Made by a program: the position numbers and the translations under genes. A stretch of 64,000 nt of DNA, taken from contig NIVC01001268.1 of NCBI GenBank assembly GCA_002269645.1, forward strand, positions 19,609-83,608, in the 5' to 3' direction. Shown one piece after another: positions 13,641-26,100 of the stretch. How positions within the stretch are numbered: position 1 is the first letter of the stretch; each line of letters begins with the position of its first letter. The notes beneath the pieces are model-generated. The model was not told the DNA's origin and did no database searches. It was given only the letters and a program-made list of their open reading frames with translations. The stretch is from Macrostomum lignano. Taxonomy: Eukaryota.

Positions 13641-14092
13641 ATGAGCTAGATTCTTTATCTGGCCTTTAAGGTAAAAGTCTGCCCATCCCTGCTTGGAAAG
13701 CCAGTTTGTGGGATGTAGTACTCTCATGGTTTTTCTCAGGCTTAGATAATGTCATCTTTCTTTCTTGCCGATTTGCAGCCCTGAAAGGAATTTGTGTATC
13801 TTCAGCTCTACTGCAGTCTGCTGTCTGCATCAGTCTAACAACCAAGGAAATACACATTTCTTAGAAGGCCATTTAAATTTTAAAGTACCTTTAAGAGAAA
13901 CCTAAAATTTCCATGGTGTGACTAATTCAGTAGGGTTGTATTGCTTTGCATCGCCTTCTCATAAATCTTTCACTTTTACAAACGATGCTGGATTGTCTTG
14001 ATTTGCCATCCACTGTTAAACTGCTGCAGAGTTTGCCAATACAGAGGGCAGTGGTTAGAATCTAGTCTTCTTAGTATTCTAAAAATGAAAAT

Positions 14093-14381
<289 letters not shown>

Positions 14382-15310
14382 TTCTCACTAAACTGTCATG
14401 GCTTAATGTAGCCTCTCTTCCAACTCTCGGGGTGCAAAGAAGGCTTTAAATAAAGTTATTCCAAAACACTGTACATTGGCCATTGCTATGTACATTCAGC
14501 TCTATCGCCTGATCCTTGGTCTGGCTCTGGGGGAATGAGTGAGTGAGTGGCACAAACAACAGAAAAAGCAGACAAACTTCTCATGCTTACAGTTTTTTTT
14601 TCAGTTGAGTTACAGAGTTGAAACTTTACATTAAGATAGATAATGAGTCAATGAAGAATTGTGTCAAGCTTAAAGTCAATCGCTTTATGTGGAGCAAACT
14701 TATGGCAGCTGAAAGTTAGTCAATTTTGAAACCATTTTACACATCTGGGCCCAGATTGGGATCGGGAAAAGAGAGGCAGGCAGGCGGAGGTTGGGGTGGT
14801 TGCTACAAAAAAACAGCCTAACTTTAAAAGTGCACAGCACCACTTAGGATTAACTTTAAAACTCAAAATTTTACATGATTGTGCCAAAATATTTGAAGAT
14901 TGTCTGTGTCAAATTTAAAGAGAATTGGTAGAAGTGGTGCGGCACTATGGAGGATTTAGTGAAAAATTGCACATTTTGAGTAGTTTTTTGTACTTTTAGG
15001 TAGGAAGACTTTATCTCCTACCTATCCTTTATAAGGTCTACTGCTAAGTGCTAAGCAGCCTCTGACTTATTGGAGTTGCAATTGGACTCCATTTGTGATA
15101 CTCCAAATGAAAATAAGAATTACAAAAATATGGAACTCAACTTAAATTTAATATTACTCATGGCATCCCAGGTCCAAATTCAAGATTTGATGCTTCATGA
15201 CTCATGCTATGATGCAAGCAACCCAGCTTTTATGCATGATATACTAAACTAAGCATATAAATTTCAATGTTTAACCACCACAGCTAACAGCTCAGCTAAA
15301 CACAGCCAAC

Positions 15311-17852
15311 ATGCGACCAACAAAGGAAAGCCGTTCGGCCAGCAGCTGCACAAATGCTGGCACTAATTCAAAGTCTCCATCAAACAGTTCCTCTACTCGA
15401 GACAGCGCCAGCCCCCCTGCTCAGCACGGGCCCAGTGGTGGTGCAGGCTCCGTGAGGTTCAGCACGCAAAGTCCCCCTCTGATACAGCTGAGCCCTGCGC
15501 TGAGCCCACCGCCCTACGATCTCAGGGAGAGACCGCGGAGGCGCCAAATTTCTAGCTTAGGTAGGACCGAGCTGTGGCATTTTTATTGTCTTATTATTAT
15601 TATTATTATTATTATTATATGTATTATAATTGCTTGCATTTCTTTAACAATTTTCTTTCAGAATTAGCTAACGATTTTGTGCACCGATTAACACCCGCGC
15701 CAGGGAGTCCAGATGACTTTCTTGCTAAGGTAACGCAGTTTTCCTACCATTGTACTTTGCCTGTTAATTGCTTGACCTTTTGACCTTGTGAATTGCATTC
15801 CGCTGATCCCTGCTCAAACTCAGTGAGACTTTGAAGCCCCGCTGCTCAAACTCAGTGAGACTTTGAAGCTCCGCTGCTCAAACTCAGTGAGACTTTGAAG
15901 CCCCCGCTGCTCAAACTCAGTGAGACTTTGAAGCCCCCGCTGCTCAAACTCAGTGAGACTTTGAAGCCCCGCTGCTCAAACTCAGTGAGACTTTGAAGCC
16001 CCCGCTGCTCAAACTCAGTGAGACTTTGAAGCCCCCGCTGCTCAAACTCAGTGAGACTTTGAAGCCCCCGCTGCTCAAACTCAGTGAGACTTTGAAGCCC
16101 CCGCTGCTCAAACTCAGTGAGACTTTGAATCTCTGCTGCTCAAACTCAGTGAGACTTTGAAGCCCCCGCTGCTCAAACTCAGTGAGACTTTGAAGCTTCG
16201 CTGCTCAAACTCAGTGAGACTTTGAAGCCCCCGCTGCTCAAACTCAGTGAGACTTTGAAGCTTCGCTGCTCAAACTCAGTGAGACTTTGAAGCCCCCGCT
16301 GCTCAACCTCTGAACTCAAAATCTCAAACTGAAAGTGAATATTTTACCATCGATCCGCTCGCACAGACTCCGCCGCCGCAACAGCCGCCTCCGAGAAAGC
16401 GGCGTCGAACCTCGGCCGCGTCGTCCAGTTCCTCATCCACAGTCAACAGCGCCAATGGTGGAGACGCCGCGGCCGCTAGTGCTGGCAGTGGACTCGCCAG
16501 GTCAGAGACTGGCAGCTCTGCCAGATCCTCGGCGCACCGCTCAAGCCAGCAGCAGCAGCAGTTCCCAATGCACCCGCCCGCTGCCAGCGCCAGTCTGTGG
16601 CGATCCGCCTCCAGCAGCAGCGGCGTTGCCAACCAGCAGCAGCCGTCTGGGTGAGTGTGCGGAGAGGGAGAGGGAGAGAGGAACAGGTGGGTAGGGAGAG
16701 GTGGATATTGAGAGGTGGGGAGGGAGAGGTGGATATTGAGAGGCGGGTAGGGAGAGGTGGGTAGGGAGAGGTGGGTAGGGAGAGGTGAGTAGGGAGAGGT
16801 CAGTAGGGAGAGGTGGGTAGGGAGAGGTGGGTAGGGAGAGGTGGATAGGGAGAGGCGGGTAGGGAGAGGTGGGTAGGGAGAGGCGGGTAGGGAGAGGCGG
16901 GTAGGGAGAGGTGGGTAGGGAGAGGTGGGTAGGGAGAGGTGGATAGGGAGAGGCGGGTAGGGAGAGGCGGGTAGGGAGAGGCGGGTAGGAAGACGGCAAT
17001 GCCTGGGTCAGCAGTGCTATCCATCAAGCTGTTTCCGCCAACCAGCACCGCCACTCCCAACCCATCGATCACTCCAGCCCACAGCAGCAGACTCTTGAAC
17101 AGCCTCCGCCGCCCCCGCCGCTGCACCGGCTTCACGCAGCGGCGCCAGCCAGTCAGCAGCAGAGTCTGCCTACCCTGCTGCCCATCCCGCCGCCGCAGCA
17201 GTTCCGCACCGGCCAGGACAGCGGCGCCGGCTTCGTGTACGTCAGCCAGTTCTCCCAGCACCGGCCGCCGACTGCCTATCACGTGACCGAAGGCTTGGAC
17301 CTGCTGCCGGCAGCCTACTTGGACCAGTTTGGCGTGGCCAATTTAGCTCAGCAGCAGCAGCCTCAGCAGCAGCAACAGTCCAGCAGCCGCAACTCAAGCC
17401 TGTTGCTTCATTTCCTGTCTTTACTGGACCTAGAAGAAGAGACAAATTATCAGCAGTTGCAGTTGTACCAGAATCTGCAGCAGCAGCAGGAGCAGCGCCA
17501 GCGTCAGCCAAGCAACCTGGACAGCCTGTTGCACCTGGCCGCTCAGGTGGGCGGCGCAGCAGCTGGCGGTGGCGCCGGCATCCGAGGCGCCGATCGGCAG
17601 GAGCTGGACAGCCGTCTGCCCGCCTACAGATTCGTGCCGGGCAGCCAGCGTCGCCGACGCGCCGCCACGGCCGGCAGCAGCTGCGTCGTCTGCCTGGCCG
17701 ACTTCGAGGCCCGGCAGCAGCTGCGCGGCCTGGCCTGCGGTCACGAGTTCCACGCCCGCTGCGTCGACCGCTGGCTGAAGCAGAACCGGACCTGCCCGAT
17801 TTGTCGGGCGGACGCGGTGAGCGGTAAGCCGCAGCGGCTGCAGCATCCGTGA
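15311..17852 (+). CDS. RNF38: RNF38/RNF44-like RING-H2 E3 ubiquitin ligase; exons ~15311-15560, 15662-15729, 16367-16650, ~16989/17012-17852
   Basis: C-terminus CVVCLADFEARQQLRGLACGHEFHARCVDRWLKQNRTCPICRADA and upstream NLDSLLHLAAQVG...LPAYRF match RNF38/44 as I recall them. The first two junctions are phase-consistent; the exon 3/4 junction and the start are uncertain. Confidence 0.8.
15808..16305. repeat. 32/33-bp minisatellite CCCCGCTGCTCAAACTCAGTGAGACTTTGAAG, RING-gene intron 2
   Basis: About 15 copies seen directly. Confidence 0.96.
16685..16988. repeat. 14-bp G-rich repeat GTGGGTAGGGAGAG, RING-gene intron 3
   Basis: Seen directly. Confidence 0.95.
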
Positions 17853-17994
17853 CGATCGCAGCTGGCTGTGATGTGAACTGTACTTTGAGGGGGGGGCTCT
17901 CGGCTCTGGTCTCTTCTTCTCTCCGTCCAAAATTACCCGCAACGAAATTTAGAAAAAGTTCTGAAAATTCGCCCCTGCCCCTACCAGGAGAATT

Positions 17995-18745
17995 TTTTGC
18001 TTCTGAAAATTCCCCTAGAGAATGTTTTGCTTCTGAAAATTCCCCTAGAGAATGTTTTTCTTCTGAAAATTCCCCTAGAGAATGTTTTTCTTCTGAAAAT
18101 TCCCCTAGAGAATGTTTTTCTTCTGAAAATTCCCCTAGAGAATGTTTTTCTTCTGAAAATTCCCCTAGAGAATTTTCTTCTTCTGAAAATTCCCCTAGAG
18201 AATGTTTTTCTTCTGAAAATTCCCCTGGAGAATGTTTTGCTGTAAACGAATCCCGTAAAAATTGCTGTGCTGTGGAAATTTCCTGGAGCATATTCTACTT
18301 CTAAAAATTCCCCTGGAGCATATTCTACTTCTCAAAATTCCCCTGGAGCATATTCTACTTCTCGAAATTCCCCTGGAGCATATTCTACTTCTAAAAATTC
18401 CCCTGGAGCATATTCTACTTCTCAAAATTCCCCTGGAGCATATTCTACTTCTCGAAATTCCCCTGGAGCATATTCTACTTCTAAAAATTCCCCTGGAGCA
18501 TATTCTACTTCTAAAAATTCCCCTGGAGCATATTCTACTTCTCGAAATTCCCCTGGAGCATATTCTACTTCTAAAAATTCCCCTGGAGCATATTATACTT
18601 CTCAAAATTCCCCTGGAGCATATTCTACTTCTCAAAATTCCCCTGGAGCATATTCTACTTCTAAAAATTCCCCTGGAGCATATTCTACTTCTCGAAATTC
18701 CCCTGTAGCACATTCTACTTCTCAAAATTTCCCTGGAAACTTTTG
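17995..18745. repeat. Two related 30-bp arrays (TTCTGAAAATTCCCCTAGAGAATGTTTTTC; TTCTAAAAATTCCCCTGGAGCATATTCTAC)
   Basis: About 8 copies, a divergent spacer, then about 15 copies of the second variant. Confidence 0.95.
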
Positions 18746-20139
18746 TGGTTCTAAAAATTCCCTGAAGAATTTTTGCTCTAGACGAATTCCCTAGAAAATG
18801 CTGTGCTGTGGAAATTCCTTGAAACTTCTTGCTCCTAAAAAACCATCCTGAAGAATTTTATTCAAATGGTTTATCGGTTAATTGTCTCGATGAATCCCCC
18901 GGAAAATTCTGGCTCAATAAATTCCCTTCTCTGCAAAGAGATCCGTAATTACTATGTTCAGAAATTTGTTGCTTATTAAATAATGCACAGCTTACCTACC
19001 ATGTGATATGTTGCAGTAAAAGGAATTTCCCTCGCAGCAATTAATGCAGATATTGGTTCACTAACTACTTAGTTAGTAGTATAAACGCATAAGATTCTTA
19101 CTACAAAAAACATGTTTTTAAACACAATGATAGATAAATATTGAAACACAGTTGGTGCAAAATTAACTATTTTATTTTTATTGTGACTTCATTTTTTTAT
19201 TTAACGCGGATTTTCTATAATAGCGTACTACTATTGAGCAGTAGGTCAGTTGGCTTGTGCTGCTTGTACATGTAATTGTATTATTTGTTCATTATTTTGC
19301 CTCAGTAAGACTTGCGTTTTAAAAAAATGATTCTTACTTAATTTAATTGACGCGCAAATTTTCTTTTGTAAATTAGTTATTATTAATTCTACTACTATTA
19401 TATACTATTATCGCTTGTCACATGACCGATTCTCATGTCATTTTGCGCTCCATAAAGTTGTTTACGATACATATCGGCAATTTCACAATTTTTTGCAATG
19501 ACCCTCTCCTACTTCTTACATCTCTCTTTCTTCCCTTGAATCTTTTCTTTTTAGACCCTTGCCTCATTTTTTCTCTTTCCTTTCTAAACCATACTTTTGT
19601 AAATAGCTCATTTCTTGTTTTCATAATTAATTAGCTATATGCATCAAATCCAGCATGCCCTAGATCTGACACTTAATAATTGATTATATCTGTTGTTGAG
19701 CACTGATACATTAAACTTTTTGTAAGGTATTGTTACGACACAGCTCTTTTCCTGCCTCCTACTCATATTAATGCCTTGAAATATTTTAATCGAACTTTAT
19801 TTTCTGTAGTATGTGGATATCTGGTTTCTCTCTGTATTGAATTTACTTCGCAAGCAAACTGTAAAGAAAACTTTTTGTTATAAACAAATCAAACAAGATT
19901 ACATTATTATTCATTGCACTTTTGAATAGTAAATATTATTTCTGTATTCTTATAAAAACACATCTTTTACACGCGTATCGCTTTATTGCCGTGCGAACTT
20001 TATTAATTTATTGATTGATTGCGAAGCTGGCTACTAATGAGTAGTACATTTCAGTATTTGTGAGTCACGTCTAGTTTAAAATAGGATCCTTTGAGATAAA
20101 ATGTGAAACACAATGAGAGCGCAATCGAGTTATGGCTGG

Positions 20140-23100
20140 TTACCATAGCAACACGTTGACAGCGTCGCTTGAACTCGGTGCGGTAGTGAAGTTTCCTGGA
20201 AACTCTGTTGCGACGGTGGTGCCGTTGGAGTCCCCGTGGTGGATCTGCGGCTCGGGCACCGTGAGCCTGATGAGCACAGCCAGAACTATATAGCTGATGA
20301 GCAGTATGGCCGCTGGGATTTTCGATTTGAGCACCTTGCCGACGGAAATTCGCTTGTTGTTCAAGTTTGCGGATGTCCCTGCAGCTACTGAGTTGTCTGG
20401 CACGAGCTGGTCGAAGCTTCTCTGAGATCGGCCGCCGGCTAGGATGGCTGCAGAGGGTGTCAGGGGATGGGCACACTGAGGTGTCAGGGGATGGGCACAC
20501 TGAGGTGTCAGGGGATGGGCACACTGAGGTGTCAGGGGATGGGCACACTGAGGTGTCAGGGGATGGGCACACTGAGGTGTCAGGGGATGGGCACACTGAG
20601 GTGTCAGGGGATGGGCACACTGAGGTGTCAGGGGATGGGCACACTGAGGTGTCAGGGGATGGGCACACTGAGGTGTCAGGGGATGGGCACACTGGAGGTG
20701 TCAGGGGATGGGCACACTTTGAGGTGTCAGGGGATGGGGCATACCTTGAGGTGTCAGGGGATGGGGCATACCTTGAGGTGTCAGGGGATGGGGCATACCT
20801 TGAGGTGTCAGGGGATGGGCACACTGAGGTGTCAGGGGATGGGCACACTGAGGTGTCAGGGGATGGGGCATACTTTGAGGTGTCAGGGGATGGGGCATAC
20901 TTTGAGGTGTCAGGGGATGGGGCATACTTTGAGGTGTCAGGGGATGGGGCATTTACTTTGAGATGTCAGGGGATGGACACACTGAGGTATTTGGAGGTGG
21001 CACACTTCGAGGTGTCAGGAGGCGACACACTTTCAGTTGTCAGACGACACTGCTGTGCTCAAACAACTAAAACTCACGCCGGGTCTCATCGTGAGTAATA
21101 AATCCTTCAACGTCGGTCTCGCGCTCCGCAGAGCCGGACACCTTCTTGGACACGCCGGTCCAGTCCAGCCTGAGAGTGATCACCAGTCCGAGTATATTCC
21201 AGGCTACGGACGAGATCAAGTAGCCGCTCCACAGGCCGAGCATCCCGATGCCCACAGCGAAGGTCAGACTGAGACCGATGGGGTGCCCGATGAACCAAAG
21301 TGCCACCAGGGCGATGACCACGCAGGTGTTATGAAAGTTGCAGCCACGCAGCGCCGCTATGTGGCCCCAAGCCGAGGCGATGACGAACACGTACGGGATG
21401 ACGAAGTAGATGATCTGGCTGAATATCTCGGTGGTCTCCTCGTCCGCTGAGAATATCTTTGGAATGACGTCTTTGAGAGCCAGCATCAGAAGGGCTTCGA
21501 TTAGGCCGATGAAGCCTACAAGGTATGGAGGACAGCGCCTAATTTAGTGATCTGTGGCGGAGGATTTATAAATATCGGCTTGCGAGAATTGTGGAGTTTT
21601 AAAGAGGGCTTCACCAGCGCTATTGACATCACCGCTACTCCGGCGCAAACTGTCTGAACAGCTAAAGTCTCAAACGCTAAAATGTCTCCAGCGTAGGTAT
21701 CCCGAGCGCTGACAGTCATAAGAGCGCATGTCTCCTGCGCTACCGTCAGCACAGCAAATTGTCGCCAGAGCGAACTGTCTCCACTGCTAAATGAAAATAT
21801 TTGATATCAAAATGAAAGCTTGGGGTAGGGCAAACAACCTCGCCCCCAGCCAATTAGAACTAAGCAGGCTGCGTGCACTGATGAGGAGGCGTAAGCCAAC
21901 TTACGCAGCAATAATTCAGAACACAAATTTCATGGCTGTGTACATACGATTTCCATGTACGGTAAGATACATTGTTAGGCTTCACCAGGTTTAATTTATT
22001 AGTTACAATCCATTTACTCGTATAATACAAGCGTACCAACAAAAAATAAAATTCTGTGACTATACTGTGGAAAGCGGAATGTCCCTCCTGTGGGAAAACA
22101 TGCAGTGAGTGCACCAAGCCGATTGTCGATCTTCTCGACCCAAGCAGACATACCATGTGGGTGGCTCCATGACGCCTCAAGATGATACTGCCAACGGTGA
22201 GGATCTTCTTAACCTCTGTGAGATAAGCTCAGTTAACTTTGTCGACGCCAAGATGGAGAACACTGTCATCGGCGAAGTCCGTGTTCCCAAGCAGCTGGAC
22301 ACGGGTGCAGCAGTGACTGTCATCTCATCCACCATCTGGGAGTCTCTAAAGAGTCCACCGCTCCAAAAAGTCATCGCCGCCTACAGGCCAACGATGGTCA
22401 CGATCTCAAGGTTCTTTGCACCCTCACGACTACCATAGACTTACGTGGCCGGCTGCACCCCGCCCAGCTGACCATCTTGAAAGCTGAGAAGCAATTTGGT
22501 CCTACTAGGCCAGGATCTTCTGCAATCTGACCGTCTCTTTAACTTGGCTGATTCAAAAGCCGCTCCAAAAAAGGACAAAGACACTTCCAGTTATTAAGGG
22601 CGCCGAGGCCAAGATTCTGCGGTGATCGCCGAGCTAGAGAGACTTCATCAACTTTAACAACTTAGTGTGATCGAGCCTGTATACGACCCGGTAAGCAACT
22701 CCTCTCCGGTTGTGAGGGTGGAGAAAAAGGACGGGTCACTCAGTATGTGCGCAAAATATTGTCCAAAGATTACTCTGTATTCATATATTGTAAAGCATCT
22801 CCTGGCCAAGTCGACGAACGCAAAGAAGTTCGCTTCTGTTGATTTGCGATTCGCTTACGAGCTACTGGCAGATCAAGTTGGATTAGGCTGCGCAGGAGCT
22901 GTCAATCATAAACACTTCTAAAGAATTGTTCCGCGTAAAACGCCTGCAGATGGGAATGAAGAACGCGTCCTTTATTTTTCAACGTACAATGGAACAGATT
23001 CTCTCCGACATGAAGGGCCACTTACGAGGGTCACTCCGAAAGTTTTTAGAATGGAACGGTTATAACGCTAATAACAAAACAAAATAAAGTAGGGTGGGTG

Positions 23101-26100
23101 GGAGACCAGCTTGACTCCATTTTGCTCCAGGAAGGCAGAAGTCAACCGTGCAGTGTGGGCGCTGGCGTTGTCTTGGTGCAGCTGGAGGCCTCAGGTTCCT
23201 GTGTTTGGTCGCCTCTGGCACCAAGCGCTGATGACTTGAGGAAGGCAGTGGCTGGTGTACCATGCCGCAGTCACCGTGCGATGATCCTCCAGGGGCACCG
23301 ACACCAGATGGCCGGAGGCGGTGATGAAGGAGGCGACCATCTTCTTTCCGACACTCCGGGGCCTCTGCACCTTGGTCGGATGGTCATCGCCGGAGAAGCA
23401 CCAGACTGTCGACTGACGCTTTGTCTCTGGGTCATACTGGTACACCCAGGTCTCATCGCCACTAATGATGTCAAAAACCTTTCTTGATGCTTCTCCGGCG
23501 AATTCTCTTAGCATTTTCTCGCACCAGTCCACCCTGACCCGTCTCTGCTCCTGTGACAGCGAATGGGGCACCCATCGAGTGCACAGCTTCTGCAGGCCCA
23601 GGTGTTAGTGCAGGATAGAGTGCACCTGCCCCGATCCAATGCCCAGTTGCGACTGTAACTCGTCGTAGGTTATGCGCCTGTTCTCGTTTACCAGTCGCTC
23701 AGCTTCATTGATGTTGTACTGGGTTACAGCTGTTGAGGGCCGACCGCTGCGACCTTCATCACTCAGGCAGGTGCGCTGCGAACGAAACTCGCGATACCAG
23801 TTGTACACAGTCGCTTGAGATGGAGACTCGTTGGGGAAGGCGGTTGCAAGCCGAGAAAAACATTCTGCTGGCGTCAGGTTGCACTTGAAGTCATAGTAGA
23901 TCATTACGCGAAAATCGCGATTTTCAAGCTCCATGACTTTTAGCGTAGGGTGCCTGCTTAATCAGACTTTAACTCAGAGTTGGCTAAGTAAATGGCAACG
24001 AGACTTAACATGCATTAATGACAAATAATTTAGTCTATGGGTGAAAGCTGCCGAACAAAAAGTTTTACTCCTTCCCTTCCATTCTAAAGACTTTCGGAGT
24101 GACCCTCGTAATCTACCAGGACGATGTGTTGGTTTATGTACAAGCAATGAAGCTATAAGTGAGTTGAGGTGACCGAAGAATTTTTTCTTCTGTTTTCAGA
24201 TTTCTGCGGCTGGCATCAAGCCAGACAACCGACTTGTGGTGAAAATCAGACGCATCGCGGTCACAGTAGACAAAAAGGAGCTAGAGCATTTCAATTGGCT
24301 TGGTAAATTTCTTCGGCAGGCTCATCCCTAACTTTGCCGGCAAAGCGAAGCCGCTAAACGAGTTACGGCGGGACAACGTCGCGTTTGTGTCGACGGATGG
24401 CTGCAATCGAGCATTTGAAGCATTTAAGCAAGAGATTACGTCGCAGCCTGTGGTGCAGCCTTATTTCCTGGAAAAGGAGGTCACCACCACAACTGACGCC
24501 CCGAAAGGTGCCCTTGCTGGTGTAGTGACCCAGAATGGCCACCCTATAATTTACAATTCCAGATTTACAATTCCAGAAGCCTGTCTAAGTCCGAGCAGAA
24601 TTATTGAAACATCGATAGTCTGGACAGTTTGCCGACTGAGGCACTAATTACTTGGGAGGCATTTGACGATCAGCACTGACGATCAACCGATCTAGTGCGT
24701 CTAGTTGGTCAATCCGGCGGTATTCCAGTTAACACATCAGCTCGAATTCCTCGGTGGGCCATGAAAATGATGCGATTCGACTATACGTCATCGACTACGT
24801 ACCTAGCAAAGATATACCAGCACTCGCGCTGATATACCTAACGGCTTGTACCTACATGTAAAGAGTTTCCCTGCCTCAAAAAACCTGGCTCAGCCCCCAC
24901 AGTCGGGCACTCACCGAGCAGTGCCAGGATGACCTTGTACACCTGTTTGCCTTTCACATAATTAGCGGCGCCCATGTACCGTCCGATTCTGGTGATGGCT
25001 GCCGAGCCGGCGCCCACGCATGGCTGCATGGTGAGGATGAACAGCTGGAAGATGATGCCCTGGGCTGCCAGCTCCGCCTTGCCCAGGTACCCGGCAACAA
25101 AGGTGCCCATCTCGGAGGAGCTCACGAAGACCAGCTGGTTGGCGATCGACGGGAAAAGATTGTAGTAGTACTCACCCCACTGCAGGAAGCAGCGCATGGA
25201 CCAGCCTGCAGGGCGAGGGTGAGTTCCGGGGGATCTGGGATCAGATTGGGGATCTGGGATCAGCTTGGGGATCTGGGATCAGCTTGGGGATCTGGGATCA
25301 GCTTGGGGATCTGGGAACAGCTTGTGTTTTCTGGGATCAGCTTGGGGATCTGGGATCAGCTTGGGGATCTGGGATCAGCTTGGGGATCTGCAATTGGCTT
25401 GGGGATCTGGGAACAGCTTGAGGATCTGGGATCAGCTTGGGGATATGGAAACAGCTTGGGGATCTGGGATCAGCTTGGGGATCTAGGATCAGCTTGGGGA
25501 TATGGAAACAGCTTGGGGATCTGGGATCAGCTTGGGGATCTAGGATCAGCTTGGGGATCTAGGATCAGCTTGGGGATCTGGGATCTGCTTGTGGATCTGG
25601 GATCAGCTTGGGGATCTGGGATCAGCTTGGGGATCTGGGATCAGCTTGGGGATCTGGGATCAGCTTGTGGATCTGGGATCAGCTTGGGGATCTGGGGATC
25701 AACAAGGATGCAGGATGTCATTAGAGTGCGCAACACTCACTACTCCTATGAAAAGGAGCAGGAAGTGTGATAAGATAAGATAAGGTCTCAAAACATCTGA
25801 GATCAATTTCACTTACCAGGCCAAGTGTCTTTGTGCACCTTGCTGATCACAATGTAGGAAGTCATCATCACGGGCAGGAGGCAGAGTGAGCAGCAGAGCC
25901 CCAGTGCGGCGCCGCTGCACAAAGATTGTAGAGGGAATCTGATGCGGCTTTTACTTTTAAGGAAGCTGTTCTGTTGGTACAACTTTGCTATTCAAACTAT
26001 GACAAGCCTGAGTTTGCGCCATTTATTCAAAAACCTCGGCGCTATTGGGCCCATCAATAATCGAGACTGCCCCCTTGGAAGACAGAAAGGTTCGCACCAT

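Noticed and set aside
17242-18291. 349-aa minus-strand ORF antisense to the RING exon
   Set aside because: A product of the GC-rich antisense frame plus the 30-bp repeat; no domain or splice support.
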